A stretch of 64,000 nt of DNA from positions 17,422,001 to 17,486,000 of the forward strand of contig OZ024761.1 of assembly GCA_964016885.1 (NCBI GenBank), read 5' to 3'. The notes below the pieces were generated by a model that worked only from the letters and a program-made list of their open reading frames with translations, did no database searches and was not told the DNA's origin. Position numbers and translations under genes: made by a program. Each line of letters opens with the position of its first letter. Position 1 is the stretch's first letter. Source of the stretch: Eledone cirrhosa. Its lineage: Eukaryota. Below, in pieces: positions 61,772 to 64,000 of the stretch.

Positions 61772-63815
61772 CTAGTGTTGGTGTCATAATACAATGCATC
61801 CAGTACACACTGTAATGTGGTAGGGTAGGGATGGTACCACAATGAAATATACCCAGTACACTCTGTAAAGTGGTAGTGTTGGTGCTACAATGAAATGCAC
61901 CCAGTACACTCTGTAAAGTGGTAGTGTTGGTGCCACAATACAATGCATCCAGTACACACTGTAATGTGGTAGGGTAGGGATGGTACCACAATGAAATATA
62001 CCCAGTACACTCTGTAAAGTGGTAGTGTTGGTGCTACAATGAAATGCACCCAGTACACTCTGTAAAGTGGTAGTGTTGGTGCCATAATACAATGCATCCA
62101 GTACACACTGTAATGTGGTAGGGTAGGGATTGTACCACAATGAAATATATCCAGTACACTCTGTAAAGTGGTAGTGTTGGTGCTACAATGAAATGCACCC
62201 AGTACACTCTGTAAAGTGGTAGTGTTGGTGCCATAATACAATGCATCCAGTACACACTGTAATGTGGTAGGGTAGGGATGGTACCACAATGAAATATACC
62301 CAGTACACTCTGTAAAGTGGTAGTGTTGGTGCTACAATGAAATGCACCCAGTACACTCTGTAAAGTGGTAGTGTTGGTGCCACAATACAATGCATCCAGT
62401 ACACACTGTAATGTGGTAGGGTAGGGATGGTACCACAATGAAATATACCCAGTACACTCTGTAAAGTGGTAGTGTTGGTGCTACAATGAAATGCACCCAG
62501 TACACTCTGTAAAGTGGTAGTGTTGGTGCCACAATACAATGCATCCAGTACACACTGTAATGTGGTAGGGTAGGGATGGTACCACAATGAAATATACCCA
62601 GTACACTCTGTAAAGTGGTAGTGTTGGTGCCACAATACAATGCATCCAGTACACACTGTAATGTGGTAGGGTAGGGATGGTACCACAATGAAATATACCC
62701 AGTACACTCTGTAAAGTGGTAGTGTTGGTGCTACAATGAAATGCACCCAGTACACTCTGTAAAGTGGTAGTGTTGGTGCCACAATACAATGCATCCAGTA
62801 CACACTGTAATGTGGTAGGGTAGGGATGGTACCACAATGAAATATACCCAGTACACTCTGTAAAGTGGTAGTGTTGGTGCTACAATGAAATGCACCCAGT
62901 ACACTCTGTAAAGTGGTAGTGTTGGTGCCATAATACAATGCATCCAGTACACACTGTAATGTGGTAGGGTAGGGATTGTACCACAATGAAATATATCCAG
63001 TACACTCTGTAAAGTGGTAGTGTTGGTGCTACAATGAAATGCACCCAGTACACTCTGTAAAGTGGTAGTGTTGGTGCCATAATACAATGCATCCAGTACA
63101 CACTGTAATGTGGTAGGGTAGGGATGGTACCACAATGAAATATACCCAGTACACTCTGTAAAGTGGAAGTGTTGGTGCTACAATGAAATGCACCCAGTAC
63201 ACTCTGTAAAGTGGTAGTGTTGGTGCCATAATACAATGCATCCAGTACACACTGTAATGTGGTAGGGTAGGGATGGTACCACAATGAAATATACCCAGTA
63301 CACTCTGTAAAGTGGAAGTGTTGGTGCTACAATGAAATGCACCCAGTACACTCTGTAAAGTGGTAGTGTTGGTGCCATAATACAATGCATCCAGTACACA
63401 CTGTAATGTGGTAGGGTAGGGATGGTACCACAATGAAATATACCCAGTACACTCTGTAAAGTGGTAGTGTTGGTGCTACAATGAAATGCACCCAGTACAC
63501 TCTGTAAAGTGGTAGTGTTGGTGCCATAATACAATGCATCCAGTACACACTGTAATGTGGTAGGGTAGGGATGGTACCACAATGAAATATACCCAGTACA
63601 CTCTGTAAAGTGGTAGTGTTGGTGCTACAATGAAATGCACCCAGTACACTCTGTAAAGTGGTAGTGTTGGTGCCATAATACAATGCATCCAGTACACACT
63701 GTAATGTGGTAGGGTAGGGATGGTACCACAATGAAATATACCCAGTACACTCTGTAAAGTGGTAGTGTTGGAGCTACAATGAAATGCACCCAGTTCACTT
63801 TGTAAAGTGGTAGTT
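61772..63815. repeat. 149-bp satellite (about 14 units) made of three 48-53 bp subunits
   Basis: Period 149 with one 101-bp unit; subunit core CCAGTACAC(T/A)CTGTAA(A/T)GTGGTAG. Confidence 0.97.
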
Positions 63816-64000
63816 TATATATCTAAAGTCTAAAGTCTGTCTCAAGCCAGAAGGCTTGTTAGGCTGGTGCTTATCCTAGTTTCATGTTATAAAGCTACTG
63901 AGAGTAGCAGACCCTACCCTGGACAGGACGCCAGTCCATCGCAGTGTTAAACCCCCAGCTACTGCTGGTAGCCATTTTCAGCTGAGTAAACTGGAATAAC

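Noticed and set aside
61633-63731. Family of repeated 118-267 aa ORFs (MWYHPYPTTLQ...)
   Set aside because: Translations of a 149-bp satellite whose length is not a multiple of 3

Overview
AT-rich, repeat-dense eukaryotic DNA. The SINE/RTE-LINE repertoire and (TA)n/(CA)n load suggest an octopod cephalopod (inference). Two multi-exon genes lie in tandem on the minus strand, both reconstructed by hand with phase-consistent splice sites. One is a complete POLE2 (15 exons, 31956->15519, 522 aa) whose intron 8 is a U12-type AT-AC intron. The other is the last 14 exons of LRRC71 (61614->37277; 5' end beyond the window). A tRNA-Val(CAC) lies at 12130-12202(-). The rest is RTE and Tx1-like LINE fragments, tRNA/Nin-type SINEs, MITEs, satellites and many foldback palindromes. 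The main surprise is non-coding: a 5 x 310-bp apparently identical tandem array plus an inverted copy (9130-10976), each unit carrying a type I hammerhead ribozyme in a highly structured monomer (retrozyme / Penelope pLTR-like). About 15 further hammerhead motifs from several families are dispersed through the window. Most ORFs in the supplied track are microsatellite or satellite artefacts.
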